This document shows, piece by piece, positions 51,352-64,000 of a DNA stretch of 64,000 nucleotides (position 1 is the first letter of the stretch; each line of letters opens with the position of its first letter). The stretch spans positions 1,054,001 through 1,118,000 of the forward strand of contig OX597816.1 in the NCBI GenBank assembly GCA_951406725.2. The letters run 5' to 3'. Made by a program: the position numbers and the translations under genes. The notes below the pieces were generated by a model. That model saw nothing but the letters and a program-made list of their open reading frames with translations, had not been told where the DNA came from and ran no database searches. The stretch is from Octopus vulgaris. Taxonomy: Eukaryota.

Positions 51352-53924
51352 TATATATATATATATATATGTAATATTTTATAAATATATAGTTATATAA
51401 ACATTCACACACACTTAGAAAGTTGCTTATTATGGCCGGTTATACTTACATACATACATACATACATACATACAACATACATACATACATACATACATAC
51501 ATACAGAGAGAGAGAGAGAGAGAGAGACACACACACACACATACACACGCGCGTGTGTATGTATGTATGTATATGTAAGTATATCTAAGTATGTATTTAT
51601 GTACGTATATATGATTAATTGAATAATATATTCAGATTCTTTTCTATTGAAGTTCTCTATAGGACATAACCAAAGATTTTAACTACCACTGTGTTCGTAA
51701 ATTAAATTTAATTCTATTGTTTTACAGTTGAGGCAGTCTTGTCGTTGGCCACGTAAGCACGACTCTCCCCATCAAACTCTATTAATTGTTCTTTGTTTGC
51801 AGGCTTAGATTTTGCTTTAATCCAATCCTATTGTTCTACTCTTTGCGACGTTTTATGGTGCTTTTATTTCAATTTTGCTTTTTCTAATTTCCAGAAACGC
51901 TTCTCCCAACGGTGACATAATTTAATGATAATAACGTCAGTCCTCTCTTTACTTTGTAGGGGGGGGGGGGCCCACCGTTCGTGTTGACTCTATCATCAAG
52001 AAGATGAATCGACGTCTGTTTCGACTTTTCATTGAATTTATGCTAAGATGATAACCATTCCGCAGATTTTATGTACCTTAACGTAATTCTCAGGAGGAAA
52101 TGGAGGCGCAATGTGACAAGGCTTGTGGAATTTGATAATTACAAGTAAAATATATTCGACGGGCTTCCATACAGTCTCCGTGTACCGGATTTCCCCAAAA
52201 TACCACGCAGTGGGATCGAAACTAGAACCTTGTGATTGCAAAGCAAACATCTCCATCGTACACTTTGCCATCATAATGTCCCCTTGAAAGACTAGATTAC
52301 CAAATCGTTAGAGCATCGAACAAAACTCCCTACTATATGTATGAAATAGTCGAAAATTCCCTTCTTTCTTCATTATACAATTTCGCCGTAGACATTGAAA
52401 GAGGGGTTAACTGGACAAATCCGTTTCTGCTTTATCATACCGTCATCAGCAATCGATTGCCCTACATTTAAAACCACTGTTGTTACGCTTGTAATTATAT
52501 CAGGCAGACTGATTTCAATACAAGACACATTGTCGGCTGTTCTGTTATGTAAACGTTGACGTGTCTGTGGTAGCTGTCTATGACCGTCTCGTGTATCTAG
52601 TAAATTTAATTAATTTTTACTTATTTAATTTACGAGCATAGTGATGGTTCAGATCTTTAGGTGCAACCTATAGTAAATTTTAGTATGGGAAATAATAAGT
52701 ACTGCTCCCAAACCAGTCATATTCGTTTGTCTTTAAATAACTATTAATTTCAATGACCACATGTAAATGATCAAACTTTCAGTGACCACTTCTCCATGAT
52801 GGACGTAAATGAAGCGAAATCCTAGGAAAAGCCCATTTGTCAGACGCTTCTCAAAAGGTCTATGACAGAGAAAAAAAAGATATCAAAAGATATTATAGAT
52901 TGTGGTCAGAGGAGTACTAGATCTAGATTTCAGTCTGCCAAGTCTACAGGTAAACCCGGCACGAGCATTTCTTATGAAAATTACCAGCTTCATAGTTTCG
53001 ATCAATGTATTCTTTACTGTTTTCTATTATTACACTGTGGCCATACTGGGGCTTCCCCTTCAAGGATACCTAGAATTATACTGACAATCTTTACTTTACC
53101 GACCCCGATGAAAGGAAAAGGGAGCCTGTGCAGAATTTGAAATCAGAACGTAAAGTTTTATGAGCAAATACCGCACAGCATCTTATACTATTGTCTTAGT
53201 GATTTTCCACCCCACCCCCGTTCGTTACCACATGTGATAACATGTTGTCACATGTGGTAACGAACTGCTTTTATAAGTTGTCTGTCTTACATCAATGACT
53301 GTCTGTCGGATGTTTTCTTCTAAATGTACTTTAAACAACAACATTATCAGGCAATAATAATAGCAGAATTGTTTCCTGTCCTAAAGTTTATTTTTCAACC
53401 ATTTAATCTCAAGACATAGATCTCTAAACTTTAATTCTTTCAAGTCCTTTGGATCCCTCAACAAAACTCTGTCCAGTATTAAAAATAAAAAATAAAATTC
53501 CCCCCAGAATAAACAAATAAATAAATAGAAAAAAAAACGAAAGCAAGCCATAGAGATAAGATCATAAATTGGAGCAAAGGAATAAAAAAAAATGTGCTGG
53601 CAGATGGGTGGTTAGTCATATATTAAAGAATTTCCTTCGGGGTTTATAAAAGAATTTAATATAGACTAAAACATTCCAAACTTCCCCTTTGGTTGCCCCA
53701 CCCTGTTGATATGACACCAAACAGTCTCAAACCTGATGTAATACATTTCTGGTGTTCTTCACAACTCTTGTTACATGCATTTTCTAAATGGTTAGTCAGT
53801 TCTAAGAGTGTGTTGAGAACGCGTTCGCAATGTTAATTTATTGGTTTAAGACAAAGCATTTGGGATGGTTCTTCTTTTAAGTAGCACGGGTGGATATATT
53901 ATAGTTTAAAAGATCTTTGGTTTT

Positions 53925-53984
<60 letters not shown>

Positions 53985-54749
53985 CTTCATAAAGAAAACA
54001 ATCGGGGGAAAATACAAAAATAGATATGGACGTCCGGACTAAACGAAACGAATAAGTAAAGGCTTAAAAGTCATACATTAATCGTTATTATTACAGACTT
54101 CTCGAAGGCAGCGAGCTGACAGAATCGTTAACACGCTGGACGAAATGCTTAGCGGCATTTCGCCCGTCACTACGTTCTGAGTTCAAATTCCGCCGAGGTA
54201 GACTTTGCCTTTCATTCTTTCAGGGTCGATAAAATAAGTACCAGTTGAACGCTGAGATTCGATGTAATCGACTCATCCCCACCTCTCCCAAGCTGCCCTT
54301 GTGACAAAAATTTGAAATAATTATTACAGACTTCTCTGTTTACTAAGCACGCCGGACAAAATGCTTAGTGGCATTTCGTCCGTCTTTACGTTCAAATTCC
54401 GCCAAGGTCGACTTTGTCACTCATCCTTTTGCGATCGACAAAATAAGTACTAGTTGAGTACAGAGGGTCGAAGTAATCGACTTCCTCTCCTGAAATTGCT
54501 GGCCTTGTGCCAACATTTGAAATCATTATTACAGACTTCTCTTTTTAGCAGGTAATTTGTGAAAACTTCTACGCTAACTTCATAAAAAGAAAACATTTCT
54601 TTTTTTTAAGAAATCATATTTGAAAGTAATTACAGAAATTTTGCAGACTGAAAACTCAATTCGATATATATATATATATATATATATATTTACGGAGATG
54701 TACTCGCATAGCAAGTAATTTGATCTGAGATCGTGTGCTGAAACGAAAA

Positions 54750-54896
54750 CAATTGCAGCGTGGAAGGTGTTTATAAGCCATTTAAGAAACACACAAAAGC
54801 CGTTCGATTCACTGACAAATTAAACTTATATGTTGGAGTGAATCGAACGGCTTTTGTGTGTTTCTTAAATGGCTTATAAACACCTTCCACGCTGCA

Positions 54897-54900
<4 letters not shown>
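54750..54900. repeat. Perfect 64-bp inverted repeat with 23-nt spacer, adjoining (TA)n
   Basis: 54750-54813 versus 54837-54900. Confidence 0.95.
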
Positions 54901-54980
<80 letters not shown>

Positions 54981-55004
54981 AGAGAAGAAAGTGTACGTAC
55001 GCCG

Positions 55005-55035
<31 letters not shown>

Positions 55036-55861
55036 TGATATTAACTCTCACGCACACTCTTCACCTTTCTGTCCCATCCCTATTCTTTGATTTTCTTTTT
55101 CCCCCACTTAACTTGTCTCTTCCTCTCTCTCTCATTCTTCACTCTCTCTCTACCCCTCACCATTCTTCATGGTCTCCTCGCAGCCTTTCCCCTTCTTCTC
55201 TCCCTTCCTCTTGCTCCTCCTCCCCCTTCCCGTCGTCCACCCGCGACGATACTTCCGCCCTGACTGTCTTTTTGGCCTGGCCTTCAAGGTAACTGGACGA
55301 CATTCTTCCTGCTCTCCTGTCGTTCACAAAAAAATCTGCGTTTGCAATACTTTTTTCGTTCGGCGTCAACAGCCCTTCTTATCTTGTTTTTCCCTGTCCT
55401 GTCTTTTACTGTTATATTTTTTTTACTGTTTATATTTTTTTACTGTTTATTTTTTTACTGTTTATATTTTTGTACTGTCGTTACTGTCCTGTTTTTTTAC
55501 CATTTTTTTACCATTTTTTACCCCTCTGCGAAGAGATCTCAGAATTTTAATTGATTTGCTTTTCGCAGGAAGGAAAGTTTCTTGTCGAAGATACGTCTCG
55601 CTTTTATCCTTTGAAACGTAGAGTAGATGAAACCATAGCGACTGAAGTAGGGGTTTTTTCGTTGTGTTAATTGTCCTGTACTCCATTTTTTGTTGTTTTT
55701 AAAAAAATATCCAGTTCCTTTGGTTTGTGTCTATGTTTTCGTTTCTCTTTGTGTTTCGACGTCCCTTTGGTGTCCTGTACTCATATATGCGTGTATGTGT
55801 ACATGTAGAGGTAGGTACGTACATATATGTTTATATATATGCATATGTTTTATTTCATTTA

Positions 55862-55917
<56 letters not shown>

Positions 55918-55935
55918 AACAAAGTGTACGTACGC

Positions 55936-56548
<613 letters not shown>

Positions 56549-56719
56549 TATGAATTTATGGTAAAATATTTTTTACTTTCACCCATCCAATACAATAAAT
56601 GAATTAATTGCATTGCAATTATAAGCATTTATCTATTTAGTATTTGGGTACTTTACCAGCAGTATATTGGATAACTGATATCCCATAGTGGGTTACCCTC
56701 ATAACCCCTATCTTACTTT

Positions 56720-56761
<42 letters not shown>

Positions 56762-57509
56762 CAAAATAAGCAACAAGGATATCCAGAGGTAATGCAGTAC
56801 AATCGTTTCATGCGACTCCATTTAATTGAACAATGCAATTATTACGTCAATTTAAAATGTAGAGCAATCTTCAGCTGCACAAAGGAAATAGAGTTTGATT
56901 AAATTTGAAGAACACATTAGTATAATTTTATCCAAAATCTCCAAGAAGATAAGGAGATAGACAAAGAACATGTTTTACCAACAACATCACTGTTCTTTCT
57001 ATGACAGGAGGGTGTAAGAGAAGAAGGTATCTATGGGTATGTGTGCGATAGTATGTTTGTGTGTGTGTGTGTGTGTGTGCGCGTGCGTGTGTGTGGTGCG
57101 TGATTTTAACTGTTTATATGTGTATGTGTGAGTGAACTTTGTGTCTGTTAATGTTGTAGGGAGAATTCAACAGCTTTGGTAACAGGAGTGGTGGTCTTTT
57201 GTCTAGTTGTATGTTTTTGTATATGTGCGAGATGGAATGGTCAATGGTAGGACGTTTGAGTGACAGTCTGAAGGGCGTGTATATGTGTATATGTATGTGT
57301 GTGTATGTATGTGTGCGTGAATGTGTATGTTGTGTGTGTGGTGTGTGTGCATGTGTGTGTATGTGTGAGTGCGTTGGGTTGTGCGTGTGGAGGTATGTGT
57401 GCGTTCTTGTGTGCGCGCGCGTGTGTATGTGTGTGTGTTCGTGCGTCTATGTGCATGTGTGTATGTGCGTGCTTGTGTATATGCATGTGTGTATGTATGT
57501 GTGGAGAAA

Positions 57510-57720
57510 ACACTTGCAGAGGGATGCCATAGGAGCCGGGATGTGACAATCTCTTTCTCTGCTCGATGGCAGAGACCAGCAAATTGTAGCCGTTTCTGCT
57601 TTAGCTTGAGGGGTCAGATTGGCATCAGATTTCCGTAGATGCTACGAAGTGTTCGGTGTGATCTCCAACTGATGTCCTGGGTTTTCTCCAAGAAACTGAC
57701 ATTTCCAGATACTATATCTG
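57510..57720 (-). pseudogene. LINE (RTE-like) C-terminal fragment
   Basis: KTQDISWRSHRTLRSIYGNL...KQKRLQFAGLCHRAEKEIV..LLWHP. Confidence 0.65.
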
Positions 57721-58559
57721 GGGACTCGGGGCTGGATATCAGAGATCTGAACACAGCAATGCAGGGCCGTGTAGTGTGAAAAGGGATTGTCAATGGAGTT
57801 CCGACCAACCATAGGTTTATCGAAGGATGATGATGTATGTATGTGTGTGCGTGTATGTACGAGTGTGTGTTGTCTGTGTGTGTGTGTGGTGTGTGTGAGA
57901 GGTATATGTGCGTTCATATGTGCGTTCATGTGTGAGTGTGTGTAAATGTGTGCGTGCGTGTGTATGGGTGCATGCATGTGTAGTATGTGCATGTGTATGT
58001 GAGTGTGTGCATGGGGTTGTGTGTCTGGAGGTATGTATGCGTTCTTCTGTGTGTGTGCGTGTGTGTGTGCGTGTATGTGCGTGTGTGTATGTGTGTGCAT
58101 GTATGTGTGTGTGGTGCGTGTGGGCGGTATATGTGCGTTCATGTGTACGCGCGTGCGTATATGTGTACGTATGTGTGTGTGTGCGTGTGTGTGTGTGTAC
58201 GTGTGTGTATGTATGTGTGCGTGTGTGTGTGTATATATAAAATAAAATCAAATAGATAAAATAATAGAGAAAAAAGAGAAAATAGAAGCTGAAAAAATAA
58301 AATTAATAAATAAAAAATAACAGATACAAGATAAAAAAATGAAAATTAAAAAGATAAAACTGAAATTAAAACAATTATAAAAAAGAAAGTTAAAAGGAGA
58401 TAATAAGTCGATAAAATAAAATAAAAGGATCAAAAGAAACAATTACGACGGAAAGAAAGATAAACAAAATCGATAAAAAACGAATAAAAGTTATAAAAAG
58501 TGAGTGAATATAAAATAGGATAAAAAATTATTTTTTAAGGAGGGTGTAGAGAGGGTCAT

Positions 58560-58842
58560 TGAGAGGAGGGGGTTGTGTTGAGTCCGAAAGGAGTTTGTGT
58601 TTATAGGGTGAAAATGTAATGTTGTTCCAGGCGGAGTCGCATATTGGTGGATCCGTGGTGTAGGGCGAGGCCGAAGACGGAGATATTTAAGGTGGAGTGA
58701 TTGGCCAAACGAAAATGACGAGTGTTGGGGGTGTTCGTACGCAGCCGCATCTCGTAGATGCTCGGTGAAACGGTCGGCTTGCCGGCGACCGTCTGACCAA
58801 CGTTGAGTTTGTTGCAGAGATTGCATCTGATGCAATAGAAGA
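58560..58842 (-). pseudogene. Penelope-like GIY-YIG endonuclease fragment
   Basis: YCIRCNLCNKLNVGQT / RRQADRFTEHLRD / RHFRLANHS..NISVFGL...RLRLEQHYIFTL*TQTPFGLN across frameshifts. Confidence 0.88.
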
Positions 58843-58855
58843 GGCTGGAAGAAGG

Positions 58856-58909
<54 letters not shown>

Positions 58910-59006
58910 TAATCCAAACATGAAAACACAAAGAGAAAACTCAACGCGAGGACGTAGAACAAATATAGTATTATTGGACGCTCAGGAAGGAAGGAAAGAA
59001 GGAAGG

Positions 59007-59040
59007 TTTTACGTTTCGAGCAGAGCTCTTCGTCAGAAAC
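59007..59040 (-). ncRNA. Minimal type I hammerhead ribozyme motif (PLE pLTR type)
   Basis: Minus strand GUUU-CUGACGA-A-GAGC-UCU-GCUC-GAA-ACGU-A-AAAC: intact core, 4-bp stems I and II, palindromic ACGU stem III, GUA cleavage triplet. Confidence 0.8.
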
Positions 59041-59131
59041 ATAGGAGAAGGAAAGATCCAGAGAAGGGAAGACGGAGGGAAAAAAAATCGCCAACGGTAC
59101 ACACGAGGTCACATATATATATATTGAAGGC

Positions 59132-59625
59132 ATGGCTGCTCTCGATTATTGGGATCGCTTTAAAGCCTTGAAACTCTACTCTCTCCAGCGTCGCCGTGAG
59201 CGGTACATCATTTGTACGATATGGAGAATATACCGCCAACTTCGCCCAAACGACCTGAACATTAGTTTCAAGGTTCATCCAAGACTGGGACCACGGGCCA
59301 TACGTCCCCTGCCCAGTTCAGGATCACAACATATAGGTACACTGCGACATAATTTCTTTTTCTCAACAGGCCTTGCCCTATTTAACATTGTCCCAAAACT
59401 GATCAAAGAGGAAAAGGATCCCATTACCTTTAAACGGAGTGTGGACAGATTGCTTCAAAGAATACCAGATAAGCCACCAATACCTGGACACAACTCACTC
59501 AACAAAAACTCACTACTTGAATGAACCATAAGCAAAAATTGTCTTAAACAGGATTCGAATAATCCTATCAGGTGGTGCTATTAAGTTAGACATGGCCTGG
59601 ACCAATCTTTGGTCGAAATATATCT
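59132..59625 (+). pseudogene. CR1-group LINE 3' end
   Basis: LDYWDRFKALKLYSLQRRRERYII..IWRI...LFNIVPK...FKRSVDRLLQRIPDKP, then a short 3' UTR. Confidence 0.85.
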
Positions 59626-60293
59626 AAGTTGTATATATATATTACCCAAATTTTATTTAACTCTCCGCCCCCCTCTCTCTCTATATATATATACAGAGAG
59701 AGGGAGACAGAGAGATAGGTAGACAGACAACCAGACAGACAAGCAAACTTAATAGAAAACTTGAAAAACTTAGATTAATAACCCACTCGGATCACGATCC
59801 CATCGGTGCATATTGTCTAATAAACCTCCAATGGAATATCACTTGACGAAGTGTTAGGTGAACATATATAATCTTATAATCTTATACAATCTCGCATGTT
59901 AATGCGTACTAATTTAAACAACGCACTGTGTTAAGAATAATAAATTTTTACTACTGAAACGTGTACTCGTACCTAAATTCGAACAACTGAATCCTCGTCG
60001 TCAGACGACGAAGATTCACCACCACCACCACCGCCGCCGCCGCCACCAGCACCACCGCCGCCGCCGCCACCACCAGCACCACCAGCACCAGCACCACCAG
60101 CACCACCACCACCTTTATTATAATAGACTAATTTTTTTCCCTCGTTTACTTGTTTCAGTCATTGGACAGCGGATGTGTTGAAGCATCGCCCTGAAGCTTA
60201 GCAATTATTCTATCGGTCTTTTGCCAAACCGCTAGATTACGGGAACGTAAATAAACCAACACCGATTAGCGAGTGGTGTGGGTGACTATCTCT

Positions 60294-60326
<33 letters not shown>

Positions 60327-61213
60327 TTATATACGACAGGCTTTCACACAGTTTCCGTCTAGCAAATTCATTCATAAGCCTGTGTTCGGCTATGTTCGAA
60401 GACACATGGCCATAGTGCACGCAGTGGGACCAAACCCGAAATCATGTGGTTGCAAAGTAAGCATCTTAACCTCACAGTTATGCCTGCGCCTAAACATTAT
60501 TTAAAAACAAACAGACAATTGCATGCGACAAATGTAACAATCTGTTTTGCTCCAGACCGGGCTTAAAATAAGGAGACCGAAACAAGCCAGCGATTTGCAT
60601 CTACCTGGGTGGGCTAAACCTTACAAAAGCCTTTTAGTTAGATGCTTGTTTAATAATAAGTAGAATAACAATTGCTCTCATTTCTCTCCATATCGCTCGT
60701 CTTAACAAGTGGGTCGACTTCTTTTTTCAGTCTATATTTACATAGAAACGCACCAGTTATTTTATCATGTGCATCTTCTTTGTATTTTATAACTTATGTT
60801 TGTGCCATATTTCACGAACGACCTAAAGTAATATCTACCATCTTGTGATAATGTATCGTCAAGATAAAATGTCAGCTTTATATTTTGGGCCTAAAACGAA
60901 AGGTTCATTGTTTCTTTTGTTACAAAATAAAAATATCGTATGTTCCTTATAGCTATAAAATTTCTCTCATATCCGAGCTACAAATATTATGTATGTATGT
61001 ATGTATGTATGTATGTATGTATGTATGTATGTATGTATGTATGTATGTATGTACGTACGTATGTATGTATGTATGTATGTACGCACGTATGTATGTATGT
61101 ATGTCGCACGTATGTATGTATGTATGTGTGTATGTATGTATATATATATATATGTATGTATGTGTGTGCATGTATGTATGTGTGTATATATATATACATA
61201 CATACATAGATTT

Positions 61214-61268
<55 letters not shown>

Positions 61269-62361
61269 ACGTGGACATGTGTGTGCGTGTGTATGTGTGT
61301 GTGTGTGTAAATATGTTTATATATATATACATACATATACACACACACATATATACATACACATATTTATATCTATATCTATACGTAATATATATAATAT
61401 AAAGATATAAGCACTACTTTTATAGGTATAGTATAACTTAATGCCCATATAATAAATTGATACCCATATGTGTATCTCTTTCTCTCTACCCCTCCTCTCT
61501 CTCTCTTTGATTAATGTTTGTGCTTTCAAGATACTTTTCTAAAATGCACCCAGTACAAGAAATAGACTTTGAAGGTTTTATTTTTGAACTTGGCAAAACC
61601 AGTTGTGGTATCTTGTGAAGTATTAGTCTCAAAATTATACATAAAGGTAGATACATAGATAACTAAATTACTTGCTTGTTACAACAGAGAAACACAGAAG
61701 TTGAGAATAAAGATGATCTCAATGCTATTAAATCAGAATAAATATGATAACTATGTCACAAATTGAATGCCATAGATGGTTTCAAACAGAACATTACATA
61801 TATTGAAGGTAATTACAAGAACCGTAATCAACAATAACCGAAAAATGAATACTAACTGATATAATCATCTGTTTGAATTGACTGTTGTAACCTGAATAGT
61901 GTGTAATTTCTCCACTTAACTAAGGAAATACTTCCATTCACAACATGGATACTACAACATTTTTAATACAAGTAACATCTCCCACTCGACCACTCCTATT
62001 TTGCCCATGCCGTTTGAACCCACGTCTCTTGGAGTAATTTCTCTGCAATAAAATACAGCTGGTGCTGTTTCACGTTTATATACACATTACAAATCGGTAT
62101 TTTATTCTAAGGCTGTTTCAATTTACCTAAAATGGATGACTCACGCATAAATCTGTTTTGCATACCGATTTCTGTATTAAACAAGCTTTTTCGGTTTAAA
62201 TCAGATTGTCTGGGGTATTTGTTCACCGAGGGAGACCAATCGAAAGATCGTGTCTGTCGATCCAGATTTGAATGATGAACAAAGCAAAATGATTACTTTC
62301 ACGGTCATACTACGAAGCACGTGGTCAGTCAAAATTAACTCTAAATTAGCATACATACAAG

Positions 62362-62393
<32 letters not shown>

Positions 62394-62431
62394 CATACAT
62401 ACATACATACATACATACATAAATTTAGTAG

Positions 62432-62494
62432 ATGGAAACTATGTGGAAGCCCATGGAAACTATGTGGAAGCCCATGGAAACTATGTGGAAGCCC
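62432..62494 (+). repeat. 21-bp tandem triplication inside SINE B
   Basis: ATGGAAACTATGTGGAAGCCC three times. Confidence 0.95.
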
Positions 62495-62803
62495 GTCGTA
62501 CACGAATGCATTTCTTTATGTTTACGTTTGTTCCTCACCGGTAGGGAACAAACCGGTGCTGGTTTGTTTACGTCTCCGTAACTTAGTGATTCGGACAAAG
62601 AGTCCGATAGAACGGGTGCTAAACTTCAAGAAAATAGGTCCTTGGGGCGATTTGTTCAACTAAACCCTTCAAGACGGTGCTCCAGCATGGCTGCAATCTC
62701 GAGACTGAAACAAGTAAAAGATGAAAGTTATATGATTGTATGCATGTATGGATGAATGGATGGATATATGTACATATATACATACATACATACATACATA
62801 CAT

Positions 62804-62846
<43 letters not shown>

Positions 62847-63360
62847 TATAATTCAGAGATGAGAATCAGATATTCTCCGTATAGAGAATATCTGATTTTC
62901 CATCCTTGAACTTCTTTCTTTTAACACCTCAAATGTAAGATCTCTTCCCTTAAGATGGAGGCTCATCTCATCCTATGATGGAATCAATCTACAAACATTA
63001 TTGTGGACCCCTGAGCCCCCAGAAACAGCTGTTGAATCTGTAATACTTTTCTCCAATCCCTTTAATCGTCTACATTATTTGTCTTCTGTGTTAGTCGGAC
63101 GGTTTTTGTATTTAAATATATATATATCTTCTATTTTTTTGTATTTCACGTATTTAATATACTTTGTATATTGATCTGTCTAAATGGCTTATCGCTACAC
63201 TGTGTGTGTGTGTGGTATATGTCTGTTAGCTAATGCAAACAGGAAAAATAGAACTTAGAACTTGTGTATATATACTTGTAACTTTTGCCGATAAAAATAG
63301 AAAATATATACAATGTGTGCCTAGATGTGTGTGTGTGTGTGCATGTATATATGTGTATGT

Positions 63361-63394
<34 letters not shown>

Positions 63395-64000
63395 AACTAC
63401 CATTAACATTAAATGTTGTAGATACAACACTGAATTCTTCCGTCTGGTGCCGTGGAACTGGAACAACTGTTCCCAGTGAACCTCATCCACTTCTCTGCTA
63501 ATTGCAAGAGTTGAACTTAGTCCTATCAGCTAAAGAAATGTACCTCAACATTTTATGGTACTACCGCTAATTATGGTCATAGTTGGCTGTTTCTACATTG
63601 CACCTGTCTAGTCAAGTACACTGAAACCATTCTAGAATTTACTTAACAAACAATCATAAACAGATCACATCTTACTTCGTTGTCTATTTTATTTCTACTT
63701 CATTTTATTGCTTCTTTTCTCGTTTAGAAATCTTTTTCCAACTTTCTACTCGTTTCGTTGTCTGAACGCTGAGAAAAACGTTAAGCTTTTTTCATGGTCT
63801 GTAATAAACAGCTTTCTGTAATTTCTCTAGTATTTTGGCTTTAATTGAGTTCAGGACTAATTAATCCATAGGTAATTTTGCTTGTACCAATAGCTTGGGA
63901 CTCTAGAAATAGTTATGATACCGAGATATATAGTCACTTGCTTTTGTTCTTAGTACAAGACTTCAGTTCTGTCATCGTGATTAGTTTATGAGATTTGCAC

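Noticed and set aside
52415-52460. Minus-strand CTGATGA...GAAA motif
   Set aside because: No stem II pairing.

Overview
Eukaryotic (animal) AT-rich, non-genic DNA packed with microsatellites and decayed transposons. The SINE, RTE and microsatellite repertoire resembles a cephalopod (Octopus-like) genome, but that assignment is inference. I found no intact host gene, true tRNA/rRNA gene or CRISPR array, and most ORF-track entries are microsatellite or antisense artefacts. Recognisable content: a dead Helitron Rep/PIF1-helicase with several non-autonomous Helitrons (two head-to-tail junctions); a full-length dead mariner; a rosa/DD41D-like element; Tc1, mariner and hAT fragments; a Gypsy gag-pol remnant; many RTE and CR1-like LINE pieces; two tRNA-derived SINE families; and two Penelope-like (PLE) remnants. 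Most worth a second look: (1) a cluster of unrelated foldback elements embedded in (TA)n tracts at 48-59 kb, together with one intact minimal hammerhead ribozyme and several decayed ones, suggesting microsatellite-targeted PLE-driven non-autonomous elements; (2) an 87-bp, 21-copy satellite born inside an RTE LINE 3' end; (3) a Helitron lineage that apparently bypassed its terminator and captured a SINE; (4) a 16-bp-periodic core-plus-variable array; (5) a CpG-decay mosaic recorded in the transposon fossils. All alignments were done by eye, so the boundaries of decayed elements are approximate.
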